Assembly (NCBI GenBank): GCA_944383905.1
Contig: CALWRI010000009.1
Coordinates: 1,339-65,338, forward strand
Direction: 5' to 3'
DNA length: 64,000 nt
Origin: an uncultured Christensenellaceae bacterium
Lineage (GTDB): Bacteria > Bacillota > Clostridia > Christensenellales > UBA3700
Of this stretch, positions 48,663 through 59,950 are shown piece after piece. The position numbers were made by a program, and so were the translations under genes. A model generated the notes under the pieces. It saw only the letters and a program-made list of their open reading frames with translations. It made no database searches and was not told where the DNA came from. The stretch's first letter is position 1. Each line of letters starts with the position of its first letter.

Positions 48663-49301
48663 ATGCAGGGTTATCCCAACGTCACGGTATTCGATCATCC
48701 GCTTATCGGGCACAAGATCGCGATACTGCGCAACAAAAACACGGGTACGAAGGAATTCAGAGAGCTTATCGAGGAGATCACTTTGCTTATGACTTTCGAG
48801 GCGTTCAAGGACGCGCCGACAAAGGAAACGGAAGTTGAAACTCCGCTTGAAACGTGTCGTCAGAGAGTGGTGCAGGAGAGAAAGATAGCCGTCGTTCCGA
48901 TACTCCGTGCGGGTCTGGGCATGGTCGGAGGGGTGCAAAAGATATTTCCTCTCGCCAAGGTTGGGCATATCGGGCTTTGCCGCGACGAGGAGACAATGCA
49001 GCCCGGCGCATACTACTGCAAGCTGCCGCAAGGCATAGAGGATATGCAGGTGACGCTGCTCGATCCGATGCTCGCGACGGGCGGGTCGGCAAACGCGGCG
49101 ATAGAGTTTTTGCGCAACAAGGGGGTCGGGGAGATCAGGCTCATGTCCGTGATCGCGGCTCCGCAGGGCGTAAAAAAGGTCGCGGAGGCGAATCCCGACG
49201 TAAAGATATTCATAGCTGCTCTCGACAGGACTCTCAACGAGCACGGGTATATTCTGCCCGGGCTCGGAGACGCGGGAGACAGGTTGTTCGGCACAAAGTA
49301 A
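48663..49301 (+). CDS. upp: Uracil phosphoribosyltransferase
   Basis: [39 protein letters not shown]. Confidence 0.97.
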   Translation: MQGYPNVTVFDHPLIGHKIAILRNKNTGTKEFRELIEEITLLMTFEAFKDAPTKETEVETPLETCRQRVVQERKIAVVPILRAGLGMVGGVQKIFPLAKVGHIGLCRDEETMQPGAYYCKLPQGIEDMQVTLLDPMLATGGSANAAIEFLRNKGVGEIRLMSVIAAPQGVKKVAEANPDVKIFIAALDRTLNEHGYILPGLGDAGDRLFGTK

Positions 49302-49392
49302 AAGGCAAAGACAAGCAAAATACGCCGTGCCGCAAAAGGTACGGCTTTTTATACGCCTTAACGGCGGCGCGACAGCGCAAAAGGAGAAAAAG

Positions 49393-50796
49393 ATGAAATA
49401 CGATACCGTTATAATAGGCGCGGGTCCCGCGGGAATATTCACTGCGATAGAGATGATACGCCACGACTACAAAGGCTCCATACTCATTGTGGAAAAGGGC
49501 GTCGCGATCGAAAAACGCCGTTGTCCCAAGGCAAAGACCAACGTATGCGTCAACTGCAAACCCTATTGCCATATCACGACGGGCTTCAGCGGCGCGGGCG
49601 CGTTTTCGGACGGCAAGCTGTCGCTCAGCCACGAGGTCGGCGGTCAGCTTCCCGAGCTTATCGGCGAGGATTACGCGCAGAAGATGATCGAGTATACCGA
49701 CAAGATATACCTCGACTTCGGCGCGGACACGCACGTCGAAGGTCTGGGACAGGAAGAAGAGGTCAAGGAGATCAGAAAGCGCGCGATAAAGGCGGGTCTT
49801 AAGCTCGTCGATTGTCCTATACGTCATCTCGGTACCGAAAAGGCGCAGCAGATATATTATGCGATAGAGCAGTATCTGATAAAGAACGGCGTGGAGATAT
49901 GGTTCGGCTACCAATGCGAAAACATTATTCTCGAGGGCGACAAGTGCTGCGGCGTTATAATCGACAACGGCAAGAAGACAGAAGAAGTGCGCGCTGAAAA
50001 CACGGTAATAGCTACGGGCAGACGCGGAGCGGATTGGCTCGAGCATCTGTGCGCGGAGCACAACATCATGCACCAGCCCGGCACGGTAGATATCGGCGTA
50101 AGAGTAGAGGTGCGCAACGAGGTCATGGAAAAGGTCAACCGCGTGCTTTACGAATCCAAACTCATAGGATATCCCAAGCCGTTCAAGAACAAGGTGCGCA
50201 CTTTCTGTCAGAACCCGGGCGGTTTCGTAAGCCAGGAAAATTACGACAACGATCTCGCCGTGGTCAACGGGCACAGCTACAAAGAGCTCAAGTCCCCCAA
50301 TACCAACCTTGCGATACTTTGCTCGCACAACTTTTCAGAGCCGTTCAATCAGCCTATCGCTTATGCGCAGAAGATAGGAGAGCTCACCAATATGCTCGGT
50401 GCGGGACATATACTCGTTCAGAGATACGGCGACATCATAGACGGCAAGAGAACGTGGCAGAAGGAGCTCGCGCGCAGCAACGTGCGTCCCACGCTCCCCG
50501 ATGCGGTAGCTGGCGATATCACGGCGGCAATGCCTTACCGCGCGATGATCAATATTATCAACTTCATACAGGCGGTCGACGAGGTAGTGCCCGGATTCGC
50601 TGCGGCGGAAACCTTGCTCTATTCGCCTGAACTCAAGTTCTACTCCAATAAAGTCAAGATGGACGAAGATTTCAACACGAGCATAAAGGGACTGCATTGT
50701 CTCGGCGACAGCAGCGGCTGGACGAGAGGTCTTATGATGGCGTCTGTTATGGGCGTGATCATGGGACAGAAGCTCGCGGCAAAAGCGAAAAAATAA
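49393..50796 (+). CDS. FAD-dependent oxidoreductase (COG2509-like)
   Basis: Start ATG49393. IIGAGPAG, TGFSGAGAFSDGKL, VRTFCQNPGG, GDSSG.TRG. Confidence 0.85.
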   Translation: MKYDTVIIGAGPAGIFTAIEMIRHDYKGSILIVEKGVAIEKRRCPKAKTNVCVNCKPYCHITTGFSGAGAFSDGKLSLSHEVGGQLPELIGEDYAQKMIEYTDKIYLDFGADTHVEGLGQEEEVKEIRKRAIKAGLKLVDCPIRHLGTEKAQQIYYAIEQYLIKNGVEIWFGYQCENIILEGDKCCGVIIDNGKKTEEVRAENTVIATGRRGADWLEHLCAEHNIMHQPGTVDIGVRVEVRNEVMEKVNRVLYESKLIGYPKPFKNKVRTFCQNPGGFVSQENYDNDLAVVNGHSYKELKSPNTNLAILCSHNFSEPFNQPIAYAQKIGELTNMLGAGHILVQRYGDIIDGKRTWQKELARSNVRPTLPDAVAGDITAAMPYRAMINIINFIQAVDEVVPGFAAAETLLYSPELKFYSNKVKMDEDFNTSIKGLHCLGDSSGWTRGLMMASVMGVIMGQKLAAKAKK

Positions 50797-50829
50797 GAAG
50801 TTTCGCGGCGTGAGCCGTGCGGGGAAAAT

Positions 50830-52113
50830 ATGCAAAAGAAGCCTGACATAATCTTTATATTCAGCGATCAGCAGAGGGCGGATACGATCAACGAACGCGT
50901 TACGCCCAATCTCGCAACCTACGCGCAGGAAGGCGATATTTTCGACAGCGCCTATACCTGTCAGCCCGTGTGCGGACCTGCGCGCGCCTGTTTGCAGACG
51001 GGCGTATATCCCAACAAAAACGGCTGTATAACCAACGGCGTGCCGATGAGAAAAGAGGACGTGCACCTCGCGGACGCGTTCAACGCGGGCGGTTACGAGA
51101 CCGCGTATATCGGCAAATGGCACTTAGCGTCAAAGGGTCTCCAATACAGAAATAAGGGAGTGCCCGAGGAACTTCGCGGCGGATATAAATACTGGCTTGC
51201 GGCGGATCTGCTCGAGTTTTCGTCCAACGGCAGCGGCGGAGTGCTGTGGGATAACGACTGCAAAGAAGTCAGTTTCGACGGCATACGCGCGGACAGGATG
51301 ACCGACTTCGCGATAGATTATATCAATTCTCCGCACGAAAAACCGTATTTTCTTTTCCTGTCCTATCTTGAGCCTCATCATCAGAACACGTCGGGGCGCT
51401 TCGAGTGCCCCAAGGGCGCGGCGGCGAAGTACAGCAGCGAGCCGTATCCGGAAGATCTGAAAGGACTGAAAGGAGACTACGTGCTGCATTATCCGAGTTA
51501 TCTGGCGTGTTGTGAAACACTGGACGACAACGTCGCGCGCATAGTCGACAAGCTGAAAAAGACGGGCAGATACGACAATACGCTGATAATATACACGTCA
51601 GATCACGGCTGTCATTTCAGAACGCGAAATCTCGAATATAAGAGGTCCTGTCACAGCGCGTCCACGCATATTCCGCTCGTGATCTTCGGCGGCGCGTATA
51701 AGAAAGGAGAACTCGACGCGCAAAAACTCGTGTCGCTCATCGACCTGCCGCCTACGCTTCTGACCGCGGCGGGGATAGACGTGCCCGAGCGTTTTGACGG
51801 CGTGCCTCTGCAATCGGATAAAAAACGCGACTGCGTGTTTGTCCACATCAGCGAGAGCGGCAACGGCAGGTGCGTGATAACGGACAGATACGTTTACAGC
51901 GTGACTTCGGGATTCAATTACAACACCAACGTATACAAGGACGACTACCTTTACGACAAACTCAGCGACGCGGGTGAGCGCAGGAATCTGATAAATTCAA
52001 AAGAGTACGCAGACGTGAAGAAATGGCTGAGATCGCTTCTCTCAAGAGAAATGGTGCGGGCGGGCGAAAAAGAGCCGATATTCAAAAGAAGGATATTCAA
52101 AAAGAACGTATAA
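50830..52113 (+). CDS. Cys-type sulfatase (S1 family), cytoplasmic
   Basis: FSDQQR, CGPARACLQTG (CxPxR), GKWHL, EPHH, SDHG. Confidence 0.92.
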   Translation: MQKKPDIIFIFSDQQRADTINERVTPNLATYAQEGDIFDSAYTCQPVCGPARACLQTGVYPNKNGCITNGVPMRKEDVHLADAFNAGGYETAYIGKWHLASKGLQYRNKGVPEELRGGYKYWLAADLLEFSSNGSGGVLWDNDCKEVSFDGIRADRMTDFAIDYINSPHEKPYFLFLSYLEPHHQNTSGRFECPKGAAAKYSSEPYPEDLKGLKGDYVLHYPSYLACCETLDDNVARIVDKLKKTGRYDNTLIIYTSDHGCHFRTRNLEYKRSCHSASTHIPLVIFGGAYKKGELDAQKLVSLIDLPPTLLTAAGIDVPERFDGVPLQSDKKRDCVFVHISESGNGRCVITDRYVYSVTSGFNYNTNVYKDDYLYDKLSDAGERRNLINSKEYADVKKWLRSLLSREMVRAGEKEPIFKRRIFKKNV

Positions 52114-52116
52114 GAC

Positions 52117-52146
52117 AAAACTCCGCTTGAAAAAGCGGAGTTTTTC
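52117..52146. terminator. Bidirectional terminator
   Basis: AAAACTCCGC/GCGGAGTTTT stem between convergent genes. Confidence 0.7.
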
Positions 52147-52409
52147 ACGCTTTTCGGGGTAAAGGAGCAAGCCGTGCCGTCGCCTGTCGGAAACAGATGA
52201 AAAGGGTTTGTCCGCTTTGCGACAGAGCGCGAAGAAAAGTCGCGCCGTCTACGGTTGCTTTTTTAAGCGGCAAATACCCTTCTTGCAATGCAACTAACGA
52301 CGAAAAGGAGAAAAACTCAAAACGTATCGCGTATTTTGTGCACGGAGAAAATAAAAAAGGCGGTGAATACCGCCGTATTCTTGTGATTTTTTGTGAACAA
52401 AGCAAAGGA

Positions 52410-52703
52410 TCATGCGTTTTTGTGAAATGCGGAGTACCACATAGAGCAAATCGCGGCGACGGCTAAGGTCGCGCATTTGTCGAGCGCGGAAAGCGCGTAT
52501 TTGCCCGCGATAGAGAAGTCGAAGGAGAGGCGGAAAAGCGCGACGAAGAAGGAGACAATTGTCGCGATCACGGCTGAAACAAGCCCTGCCGCCGATATTA
52601 TCACGCTTGCGACGAGTACGAAAGGCGACAACAATATGCCTTTTATCAGACATTTTTCAGGCTCGGTATCTTCTTCAAAATATTCTTCGTATTTTTCTCT
52701 CAT
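52410..52703 (-). CDS. Small hypothetical membrane protein
   Basis: Acidic N-terminus followed by long hydrophobic helices. Confidence 0.5.
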   Translation of the reverse strand: MREKYEEYFEEDTEPEKCLIKGILLSPFVLVASVIISAAGLVSAVIATIVSFFVALFRLSFDFSIAGKYALSALDKCATLAVAAICSMWYSAFHKNA

Positions 52704-52798
52704 AATGTTTTCAGAGAGCGATCGGGACGCTCTGTATCGTAATAATATGTTTATAAAAAGAAAGATCCCCGAAAATATCGGGGATCGCTGTCATACTG

Positions 52799-54079
52799 TT
52801 ATTTCTTTATTACTTCTTTGCCGCCCATATAGGGTCTGAGAGCAACGGGGATACGCACGCTGCCGTCTTCGTTCAGGTTGTTTTCGAGGAAGGCTATCAG
52901 CATACGCGGCGGAGCCACGACGGTGTTGTTGAGAGTGTGAGCAAAGTAGTTGCCGTCCGCTCCCTTGATGCGGATGCCGAGTCTTCTCGCCTGTGCGTCG
53001 CCGAGGTTGGAGCAGCTGCCGACTTCGAAGTATTTTTTCTGACGGGGAGACCACGCTTCGACGTCGAGGCTCTTGACCTTGAGATCCGCGAGATCGCCGG
53101 AGCAACATTCGAGCGTCCGGACGGGAATGTTCAGAGTGCGGAAGAAATCGACCGTATTGGTATAGAGTTTTACAAACCATTCGGGGCTTTCTTCGGGCTT
53201 GCAGATGACGATCATCTCCTGCTTTTCGAATTGGTGGATGCGGTATACGCCGCGTTCTTCGATGCCGTGCGCGCCGACCTCTTTGCGGAAGCAGGGAGAG
53301 TAGCTCGTCAGCGTTCTGGGCAGGGTGTTTTCGGGCAGTATCGTATTCATGAACCTGCCGATCATCGAGTGTTCGCTCGTGCCGATAAGGTAGAGGTCTT
53401 CGCCCTCGATCTTGTACATCATATTCTCCATTTCGGCAAAGCTCATGACGCCCGTCACGACGTCGGAACGGATCATAAAAGGCGGTATGCAGTATGTGAA
53501 ACCGCGGTCGATCATAAAGTCGCGCGCATAGGAGAGGATCGCGCTGTGCAGTCTCGCGATGTCGCCGGTCAGATAATAGAAGCCGTTACCGCTCGTGCGG
53601 CGCGCGCTGTCGAGGTCGATGCCGTTGAGGCTTTCCATTATGTCGACGTGGTAGGGGATCTCAAACGGGGGAACGTAAGGCTCGCCGAAGCGTTCGACTT
53701 CGACGTTTTCGCTGTCGTCCTTGCCGATGGGCACGCTGTCGTCGATTATATTGGGAATGACGAGCATACGTTTTCTGATCTCCTCTTGCAGGACCTCTTC
53801 GCGTTTTTCGAGGTCGAGAAGCTCCTGCGCCATGGCAGCGACCTGTTTTTTTGCTTCTTCTGCGGCGGCTTTGTCGCCTTTTGCCATATATCCGCCGATC
53901 TGTTTGCTTACGGCGTTGCGTTGACCGCGCAGGTAATCGCCGCGCGTTTTCGCCTCTCTGAACTCTTTGTCGAAAGCGGCGACTTCGTCGACGAGCACGA
54001 GTTTTTCGTCCTGGAATTTCTTTTTGATGTTTTCCTTTACGAGCTCGGGATTTGTTCTTATCAATTTTATGTCTATCAT
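52799..54079 (-). CDS. serS: Seryl-tRNA synthetase
   Basis: MIDIKLIR, N-terminal coiled coil, GTSE, CFRKE.G, RIHQFEKQE, EVGSCSN, HTLN. Confidence 0.97.
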   Translation of the reverse strand: MIDIKLIRTNPELVKENIKKKFQDEKLVLVDEVAAFDKEFREAKTRGDYLRGQRNAVSKQIGGYMAKGDKAAAEEAKKQVAAMAQELLDLEKREEVLQEEIRKRMLVIPNIIDDSVPIGKDDSENVEVERFGEPYVPPFEIPYHVDIMESLNGIDLDSARRTSGNGFYYLTGDIARLHSAILSYARDFMIDRGFTYCIPPFMIRSDVVTGVMSFAEMENMMYKIEGEDLYLIGTSEHSMIGRFMNTILPENTLPRTLTSYSPCFRKEVGAHGIEERGVYRIHQFEKQEMIVICKPEESPEWFVKLYTNTVDFFRTLNIPVRTLECCSGDLADLKVKSLDVEAWSPRQKKYFEVGSCSNLGDAQARRLGIRIKGADGNYFAHTLNNTVVAPPRMLIAFLENNLNEDGSVRIPVALRPYMGGKEVIKK

Positions 54080-54089
54080 ATCTGACTCC

Positions 54090-56519
54090 TTATTTTACGA
54101 CGATATTGACGAGGCGCTTGGGTATGACGATGACTTTGACGACGTTCATATCGCCGACCGCCTGTTTTACCTGCTCGTTGGCGAGCGCGGTTTCTCTGAT
54201 CTTGTTTTCGTCCGCGTCCACGGGCACGACGATCTTTGCCTTCATACGGCTGTTGACCTGCACGGCGAGCTCGTATTCGTCGAGCACGAGCGCTTTCTGA
54301 TCGCACTTGGGATAAGGACGGTTGAAAACGCTGCATTCGTGTCCGAGCATCTCGTTGAGCTCTTCGGCAAAATGCGGGGTGAACGGAGCCATCATAAGCA
54401 CGAGGTCTTCGACGCAGTCGCGCACGAATTTCGCGTTGACGCAAGCGCCGTCGAGATATTTGTAGGTTGCGTTGACAAATTCCATGAGACGCGCTATCGC
54501 GGTGTTGAAGGAGAATTGCTTTGTGTCGTCGGTAACTCGTCTTATCGTGTTGTGGCGCACGAAATTGAGCGCTTTTTCGGCTTCTCCGAAAGCGCCGTCC
54601 TTGTCTTTGAGATCTATGCTGCGGTTGACGAGGCGCTCGACGCGTTCCATGAATTTGACGATGGATTCAAGCCCGTTGCTGTTCCACGGACCGCCCTCGA
54701 TATACGAGAAGCCGAACATCAGGTAGAGCCTGAACGCGTCGGAGCCGTATTTGCCGACGTAATCGTCGGGAGATACGACGTTGCCGCGCGACTTGCTCAT
54801 CTTGAAGCCGTCGGGTCCGAGGATCGTGCCCTGGTGCACGAGAGAGGTGAACGGCTCGTCGAATTTGAGGTAGCCGAGGTCACGGAGCGCTTTGGTGAAG
54901 AAGCGCGCGTACAGCAGGTGCATACAAGCGTGTTCCGCGCCGCCGATATACTTGTCGACGGGGAGCATTTTGTTTATTATTTCGGGGTCGAACGCCATCT
55001 TGTCGTTTTTGGCGTCGGGGTAGCGCAGGAAATACCAGCTCGAGCACACGAAGGTGTCGAGGGTGTCGGGGTCTCTGCGCGCGGGTCTGCCGCATATCGG
55101 GCAGACGGTATTCATATATTCCTCGCATTTGAGAAGCGGGGATTTGCCGTCGGGCTTGAAGTCGACGTTGTACGGCAGTTTGACCGGCAGGTCGCTTTCG
55201 GGGACGGGGACTTCGCCGCAATGCGGGCAGTGTATGATCGGGATCGGACAGCCCCAATAGCGCTGGCGGGATATCAGCCAGTCGCGCAGGCGGTAATTCG
55301 TCTTGAGCTCTCCGTGACCTGATTTTGCGAGCCATTCGATGACCTTCGTCTTGCCTTCTTCGGTGGTGAGACCGTCAAACTGACCGCTGTTTGTCATCAC
55401 GCCGTAATCGCAATAGGGGAGGGAGTCGTCGGAGCCGTCTTTGGAGCGGATGACTCTCCTTATCAGCAGGTCGTACTTTTTTGCGAAGTCGAAGTCGCGT
55501 TCGTCGTGAGCGGCAACGCCCATAACCGCGCCCGTGCCGTAAGAGTAGAGGACGTAATCGCCTATCCAGATGGGCACTCTCTCTCCGTTGGCGGGGTTTA
55601 TGCAGTAAGAACCGGTAAACGCGCCTGTTTTTTCGCGTGAAGTGGAAAGACGTTCGATTTCGGAGCTTTTCGCGCACATTTCCTTGTACGCTTCGACTTC
55701 CGCTTTATGTTCGGGAGTCGTCAGCTTGTCGACGAGCGGGTGCTCGGGAGCGAGAATGACGTAAGATACGCCGAAGATCGTGTCCGCGCGGGTCGTGAAG
55801 ACCTTGAACGAGTCTCCGTTTTCGCAGTCGAAGGTTATCTCGCCGCCCGAGGATTTGCCGATCCAGTTTTTCTGCATGAGTTTTGTCTTTTCGGGCCAGT
55901 CGAGCTTGTCGAGGTCGCGGAGGAGCTCCTCTGCATAATCGGTTATCTTGAAAAACCATTGCGTGAGGTTTTTGCGGACGACGGTCGTGCCGCAACGCTC
56001 GCAGGCGCCGTCGACGACCTGTTCGTTTGCAAGGACGGTATTGCAGTTGGGGCACCAGTTGACGGGCGCCTCTTTGCGGTAAGCGAGACCCTTTTTGTAA
56101 AACTGAAGGAATATCCACTGCGTCCACTTGTAGTAGTCGGGCATACACGTCTTGATCTCGTAGTCCCAGTCGAAGGACGCGCCCATTGCCTTGAGCTGTT
56201 TTTCCATCGTATCGATGTTTTTGAGGGTGCTGTCCTGCGGGTGGATACCCGTCTTTATCGCGTAGTTTTCTGCGGGCAGACCGAATGCGTCAAACCCCAT
56301 AGGCTGAAAAACTTCGTAGCCGTTCATGCGCATGAAACGCGCATAGCTGTCCGACGGACCGAAGTTGTACCAATGTCCGACGTGCAGTTTTGCGCCCGAA
56401 GGATAGGAGAACATTTCGAGCACATAATATTTTTTGTCGATCCTGGACTTGTCAAAGCTGTACAGCTTTTCGTCAGCCCAGCGTTTTTGCCACTTTTTTT
56501 CGATAGAAAGAAAATCCAT
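54090..56519 (-). CDS. leuS: Leucyl-tRNA synthetase
   Basis: [14 protein letters not shown] (HIGH), [15 protein letters not shown]1 editing domain. Confidence 0.97.
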   Translation of the reverse strand: MDFLSIEKKWQKRWADEKLYSFDKSRIDKKYYVLEMFSYPSGAKLHVGHWYNFGPSDSYARFMRMNGYEVFQPMGFDAFGLPAENYAIKTGIHPQDSTLKNIDTMEKQLKAMGASFDWDYEIKTCMPDYYKWTQWIFLQFYKKGLAYRKEAPVNWCPNCNTVLANEQVVDGACERCGTTVVRKNLTQWFFKITDYAEELLRDLDKLDWPEKTKLMQKNWIGKSSGGEITFDCENGDSFKVFTTRADTIFGVSYVILAPEHPLVDKLTTPEHKAEVEAYKEMCAKSSEIERLSTSREKTGAFTGSYCINPANGERVPIWIGDYVLYSYGTGAVMGVAAHDERDFDFAKKYDLLIRRVIRSKDGSDDSLPYCDYGVMTNSGQFDGLTTEEGKTKVIEWLAKSGHGELKTNYRLRDWLISRQRYWGCPIPIIHCPHCGEVPVPESDLPVKLPYNVDFKPDGKSPLLKCEEYMNTVCPICGRPARRDPDTLDTFVCSSWYFLRYPDAKNDKMAFDPEIINKMLPVDKYIGGAEHACMHLLYARFFTKALRDLGYLKFDEPFTSLVHQGTILGPDGFKMSKSRGNVVSPDDYVGKYGSDAFRLYLMFGFSYIEGGPWNSNGLESIVKFMERVERLVNRSIDLKDKDGAFGEAEKALNFVRHNTIRRVTDDTKQFSFNTAIARLMEFVNATYKYLDGACVNAKFVRDCVEDLVLMMAPFTPHFAEELNEMLGHECSVFNRPYPKCDQKALVLDEYELAVQVNSRMKAKIVVPVDADENKIRETALANEQVKQAVGDMNVVKVIVIPKRLVNIVVK

Positions 56520-56934
56520 ATAAACTCCGTATCGGTTGTTTTTCGAGTTTCGCGTCGCGTTGGTCGGGCACAGCCGTCCCGCTTTTCGGCGACGATCGCA
56601 AATATATAGATATATTATAAATCAAGTGTATTTTTTTGTAAAGTAAAAGAGTAAAAAAGCGTGCGCAAGCGCGCGGGAGAGAAATATGGCGGAGTGGCGA
56701 TCAAAAAACGCCGTCCGTCGGAAGGGGAGGAGGAGAGTCCGCGCTTTTTTGTCGTTTGTTTTTGCCTTTATGAGAAGGGGTTGTTCCGGACGGTCAGAGA
56801 GCACGCGCGCGCGCCGAAGTCTTGCGGATCGTCGACGGGCTGGGCAGTTTGCGTCCCGGGACGGGAAAAGCGCAAAAAAGAGGAGCCCTTGCGAGCTCCT
56901 CCTTGAGTTTCAATCGATGCGATTGAGTTTGCAA

Positions 56935-59223
56935 TTACTTGCTTGCCACCCAGCCTGCGCCGTCTCTGAACACGTTGATGGTCTCAGCGTCTGCGTCGAT
57001 AGGAGTCCTGACCGCGCAAGCGTAACCGATCTTGTTGATGTCGAGAGCGACGTAGACGTACAGCGGATCGCCGACTTTCTTGGTCTGGTCAACGGTGATT
57101 TCAGCCTTGAACAGGTTGCCTTCGCCGCCGATCTGGATAGAAGCGTCTACCTCGGTGAGGACTTCGCCGTTGTTGTAGTTTGCGACGAAGGAATCGTTGG
57201 TGACGACCTTGATGCCGTTTACTTTTCCCGCTTCGTCCTTGATCAGGCTCGCGGTGATGTCGAAGGTGAGGTCAGCGCCGCCGATGACGTATTCGTATTC
57301 ATCGGAATTCGCAGCGGTAACGCTGTCGGTTCCGAAGGTGAGAGAAGCGATGATCTGGTTGATGAGACCCTTCTCTTCGGTGGTGGTGTCGCCGGTGGTG
57401 TCGTCGCCGGTGGTGTCGTCGCCGGTAGTGTCGTCGCCGGTGGTGTCGTCGTCCTTGTTAGCTTCTTCCTTTGCAGCTTCTTCCTTCTCTTCGAAGTCAG
57501 CGGGCTTGGCAAGGGTCATGTTAGCCTGTTCCTCATCGGAGGGATAGATAAATCCTGCAAGCGCGGGTCTGATTATACCGAGGAATGCGTCGACGCCGAA
57601 CGAACCGTCCAGGTCGCCGATAAGAGAGGTGACCGCATCGGGGAGCTGGAGACCGAACAGCGAGACGATGTTGTTGAACGCCGCGAGGTTGATCGTGATT
57701 CTGCCGCCTTTGAAGTTGCCGCCTTCGTCAACGGTGATAGGTTCGTCAACGTTGATCAGGAGTTTGTCTTCCGAATTTTCGGTGTTTTCGAGGCAGACGT
57801 ACAGGCTGTTGATGCCCGGGAGCAGAGCCTGGATAACGTCGGCGTCGGTTTCAGCTGCGAACATTCCTGCGCCTCTGAGGTAGAACCAGTCGGCGTACTT
57901 GTAAGTGCCGTCAGCTTCGGTGACGTAGTTGCCTTCGCCGTCGGTGTAGTAAACTCTCTTGGTGAATACCGCGTCCGCGACTTTTGCCGCGTTGATGTCT
58001 GCGGAAACAGTCATCTTGTAGGTGGAGACGTTATCAGCGGAGTTGCCGAGTTTTACGTCAGCTTCGAAAGCGAAGTTGAGAACGCTGGTGTCGATCCACT
58101 CAAGGTCTTCTGCGAGAACCGCATCGAGAGAAGCAGCGACGTTGTCGTATGCGTCAAGGCTTTCGAGAATGGTGAAGCCGATGGTTGCGGAGAGGTCGGT
58201 ATCAACAAATCCTTCTGCAATCAGATCGATGCCGTCGCCTTTGATCTGCGGGATCGTGATGCCGGTATCCTGACCTGCAACCGCAAGTCCGAGACCGATG
58301 CTCTTAAAGGTAGAACCTTCATAGTTGCCGGTGACTACAAGAGAGAGGTCGGGGAGCAGTTCCATGAGATCGTTCAGAGAAGCGATGTCGATGTCAAACT
58401 GTGCGAGGATCTCGTCAGCGGAAGCACCGATGAGGTTCTTGATGGAAGCTTTGGGTCCGAAGAGGAGGCTGTTTGCCATGATACCGAGCGTGCCGGTGGG
58501 ATCGAGGAGCTCGGTCAGGCTGACGGAAAACTCCTTGTTGCCGTTGTTTTCGGTATAAACGATGGGAAGCATTTCCGCAAATGTGTCGAGGCCGAGTTCT
58601 TCGTCTACCATGTCGGTAATGTTGACGTCTGCGAGTTTGTCGCTTACGGGGACGTTTGCATTGACGTTGTAGGTAGCAAGGACATTTGCGAGAGTCAGAG
58701 CGTCGATCTTGAGGTTCTGACCGCCGGCAGAGAGGTAAACGAAGTTGTCTTCGTTATCGCCAGCGTCGACGTACCAGATGCCGAAGACTCTTGTAAGGCC
58801 GTTTTCGCCGTCGTCAGTGGAGATGGTGAATCCGAAGCCGTTGTTGGCATATCCGAATTCAGAATCCTTGAGAAGGTCGAGAGAAAGGTCGAGATCGATC
58901 CTGATCATCTTCTTGACGCCGTCCTGCTCGATAGCAAGTTCCACAAAAGCGTCGGTGCCGAGATTGCCGACGTTGTCTATGCCGCCGAGAGCAGCGACCG
59001 CGTCGTCAATAACACCGAAGAGAGCCTCGACAGCAGTGGTGTCCGTGACGGGTGTCGGGGGCTTCTTAATGGGAACGTCAGCGCCGCAATTGTCGCATTT
59101 GCCGTCGTTGTTTGCGTCAACGTGATTCTTACATTCTTTATCGCAAGCGACGAAGAACACGCCAACCATGGCTACGATCAAAGCGACAATGAGCAACTTT
59201 GCCCAAATGTGTTTCTTTGTCAT
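56935..59223 (-). CDS. Large acidic surface lipoprotein with an N-terminal Cys/His-Asp module and TTGDD repeats
   Basis: Start ATG59223 (RBS AGGAGG); lipobox FVAC; CKNHVDANNDGKCDNCG; strongly biased codon usage. Confidence 0.8.
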   Translation of the reverse strand: MTKKHIWAKLLIVALIVAMVGVFFVACDKECKNHVDANNDGKCDNCGADVPIKKPPTPVTDTTAVEALFGVIDDAVAALGGIDNVGNLGTDAFVELAIEQDGVKKMIRIDLDLSLDLLKDSEFGYANNGFGFTISTDDGENGLTRVFGIWYVDAGDNEDNFVYLSAGGQNLKIDALTLANVLATYNVNANVPVSDKLADVNITDMVDEELGLDTFAEMLPIVYTENNGNKEFSVSLTELLDPTGTLGIMANSLLFGPKASIKNLIGASADEILAQFDIDIASLNDLMELLPDLSLVVTGNYEGSTFKSIGLGLAVAGQDTGITIPQIKGDGIDLIAEGFVDTDLSATIGFTILESLDAYDNVAASLDAVLAEDLEWIDTSVLNFAFEADVKLGNSADNVSTYKMTVSADINAAKVADAVFTKRVYYTDGEGNYVTEADGTYKYADWFYLRGAGMFAAETDADVIQALLPGINSLYVCLENTENSEDKLLINVDEPITVDEGGNFKGGRITINLAAFNNIVSLFGLQLPDAVTSLIGDLDGSFGVDAFLGIIRPALAGFIYPSDEEQANMTLAKPADFEEKEEAAKEEANKDDDTTGDDTTGDDTTGDDTTGDTTTEEKGLINQIIASLTFGTDSVTAANSDEYEYVIGGADLTFDITASLIKDEAGKVNGIKVVTNDSFVANYNNGEVLTEVDASIQIGGEGNLFKAEITVDQTKKVGDPLYVYVALDINKIGYACAVRTPIDADAETINVFRDGAGWVASK
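57388..57447. repeat. Four 15-bp tandem repeats (GTCGCCGGTGGTGTC) encoding DTTGD
   Basis: Three identical units and one with a single substitution, in frame within the lipoprotein gene. Confidence 0.9.
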
Positions 59224-59264
59224 AATTTGATAACCTCCTAAGTTATGCATTTTTTTGTAGTTTA

Positions 59265-59293
59265 ATTATACAAAACCGACAAATTAAAGTCAA
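59265..59293 (-). promoter_or_regulatory. SigA promoter of the large lipoprotein
   Basis: Minus strand TTGACT-17 bp-TATAAT. Confidence 0.7.
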
Positions 59294-59868
59294 GATAAAA
59301 AAATGTCCTAAAATATACCATTATTCCCATAAATACAGGGTTGAAACGGCGTGTTTTGGCAAAAAAAAGCGTTTTGGCGAAAAAACAGTATAATATTGTT
59401 TTAATACAAATTAAATCAAAATTTTACATACGCATACGCGAGAGCGTAAAGATAATTCACATTCGTGTATAAAAACCGTTGATGTTTGGGAGACGCGCCG
59501 AGGGGGAGATGTTTTCAAAAAGGTCGGCAACGCGGGGCGGGAACAAGCATAGGGAGGGCGTTTGCAGGCAGCAGAGAGGTATGTTGAGGCGGGCAAACGG
59601 CGGAGCGCGGAGCAGGCATATGTGTAAAAATCAGAAATCAGGCGTGAAATTCGTCGTAAAAAACAAAATACCGCATGCATCCCGTCGGCTTGAAAAACAA
59701 GAAGCGTATACCTGTCTCCTTTTTTCGGATAAAACAGCAGAAAACTCAATACATGTTCACGTTTTCACCTTAAAAAAACCTGAACGAAAAATCGGCGTCA
59801 AGCGGTCTAAAACTCAATATATCTCAAGAAAAACGCAAATTCAAGAGAAATAATTTTCAAAAAACATA

Positions 59869-59897
59869 TTGACAGCGTCGGATTTTGCGTTTATCAT
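59869..59897 (+). promoter_or_regulatory. SigA promoter of the EAL/TasA-like operon
   Basis: TTGACA-17 bp-TATCAT. Confidence 0.7.
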
Positions 59898-59950
59898 ATC
59901 AGTATAAGGCGTTATTTTCGCGTTGTGTGGTAAGGAGGCAAATTCGCCGT

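Noticed and set aside
56520-56700. Possible T-box leader upstream of leuS/serS
   Set aside because: No UGGNACC T-box sequence or terminator/antiterminator visible in the short leader
57388-57447. Tandem repeat considered as a CRISPR array or phase-variation tract
   Set aside because: Units are contiguous 15-mers without spacers and are in frame, so they encode a peptide linker; no cas genes are present
59479-59853. 124-aa ORF in the divergent intergenic region
   Set aside because: No clear RBS, atypical composition and no motif; it lies upstream of the mapped SigA promoter
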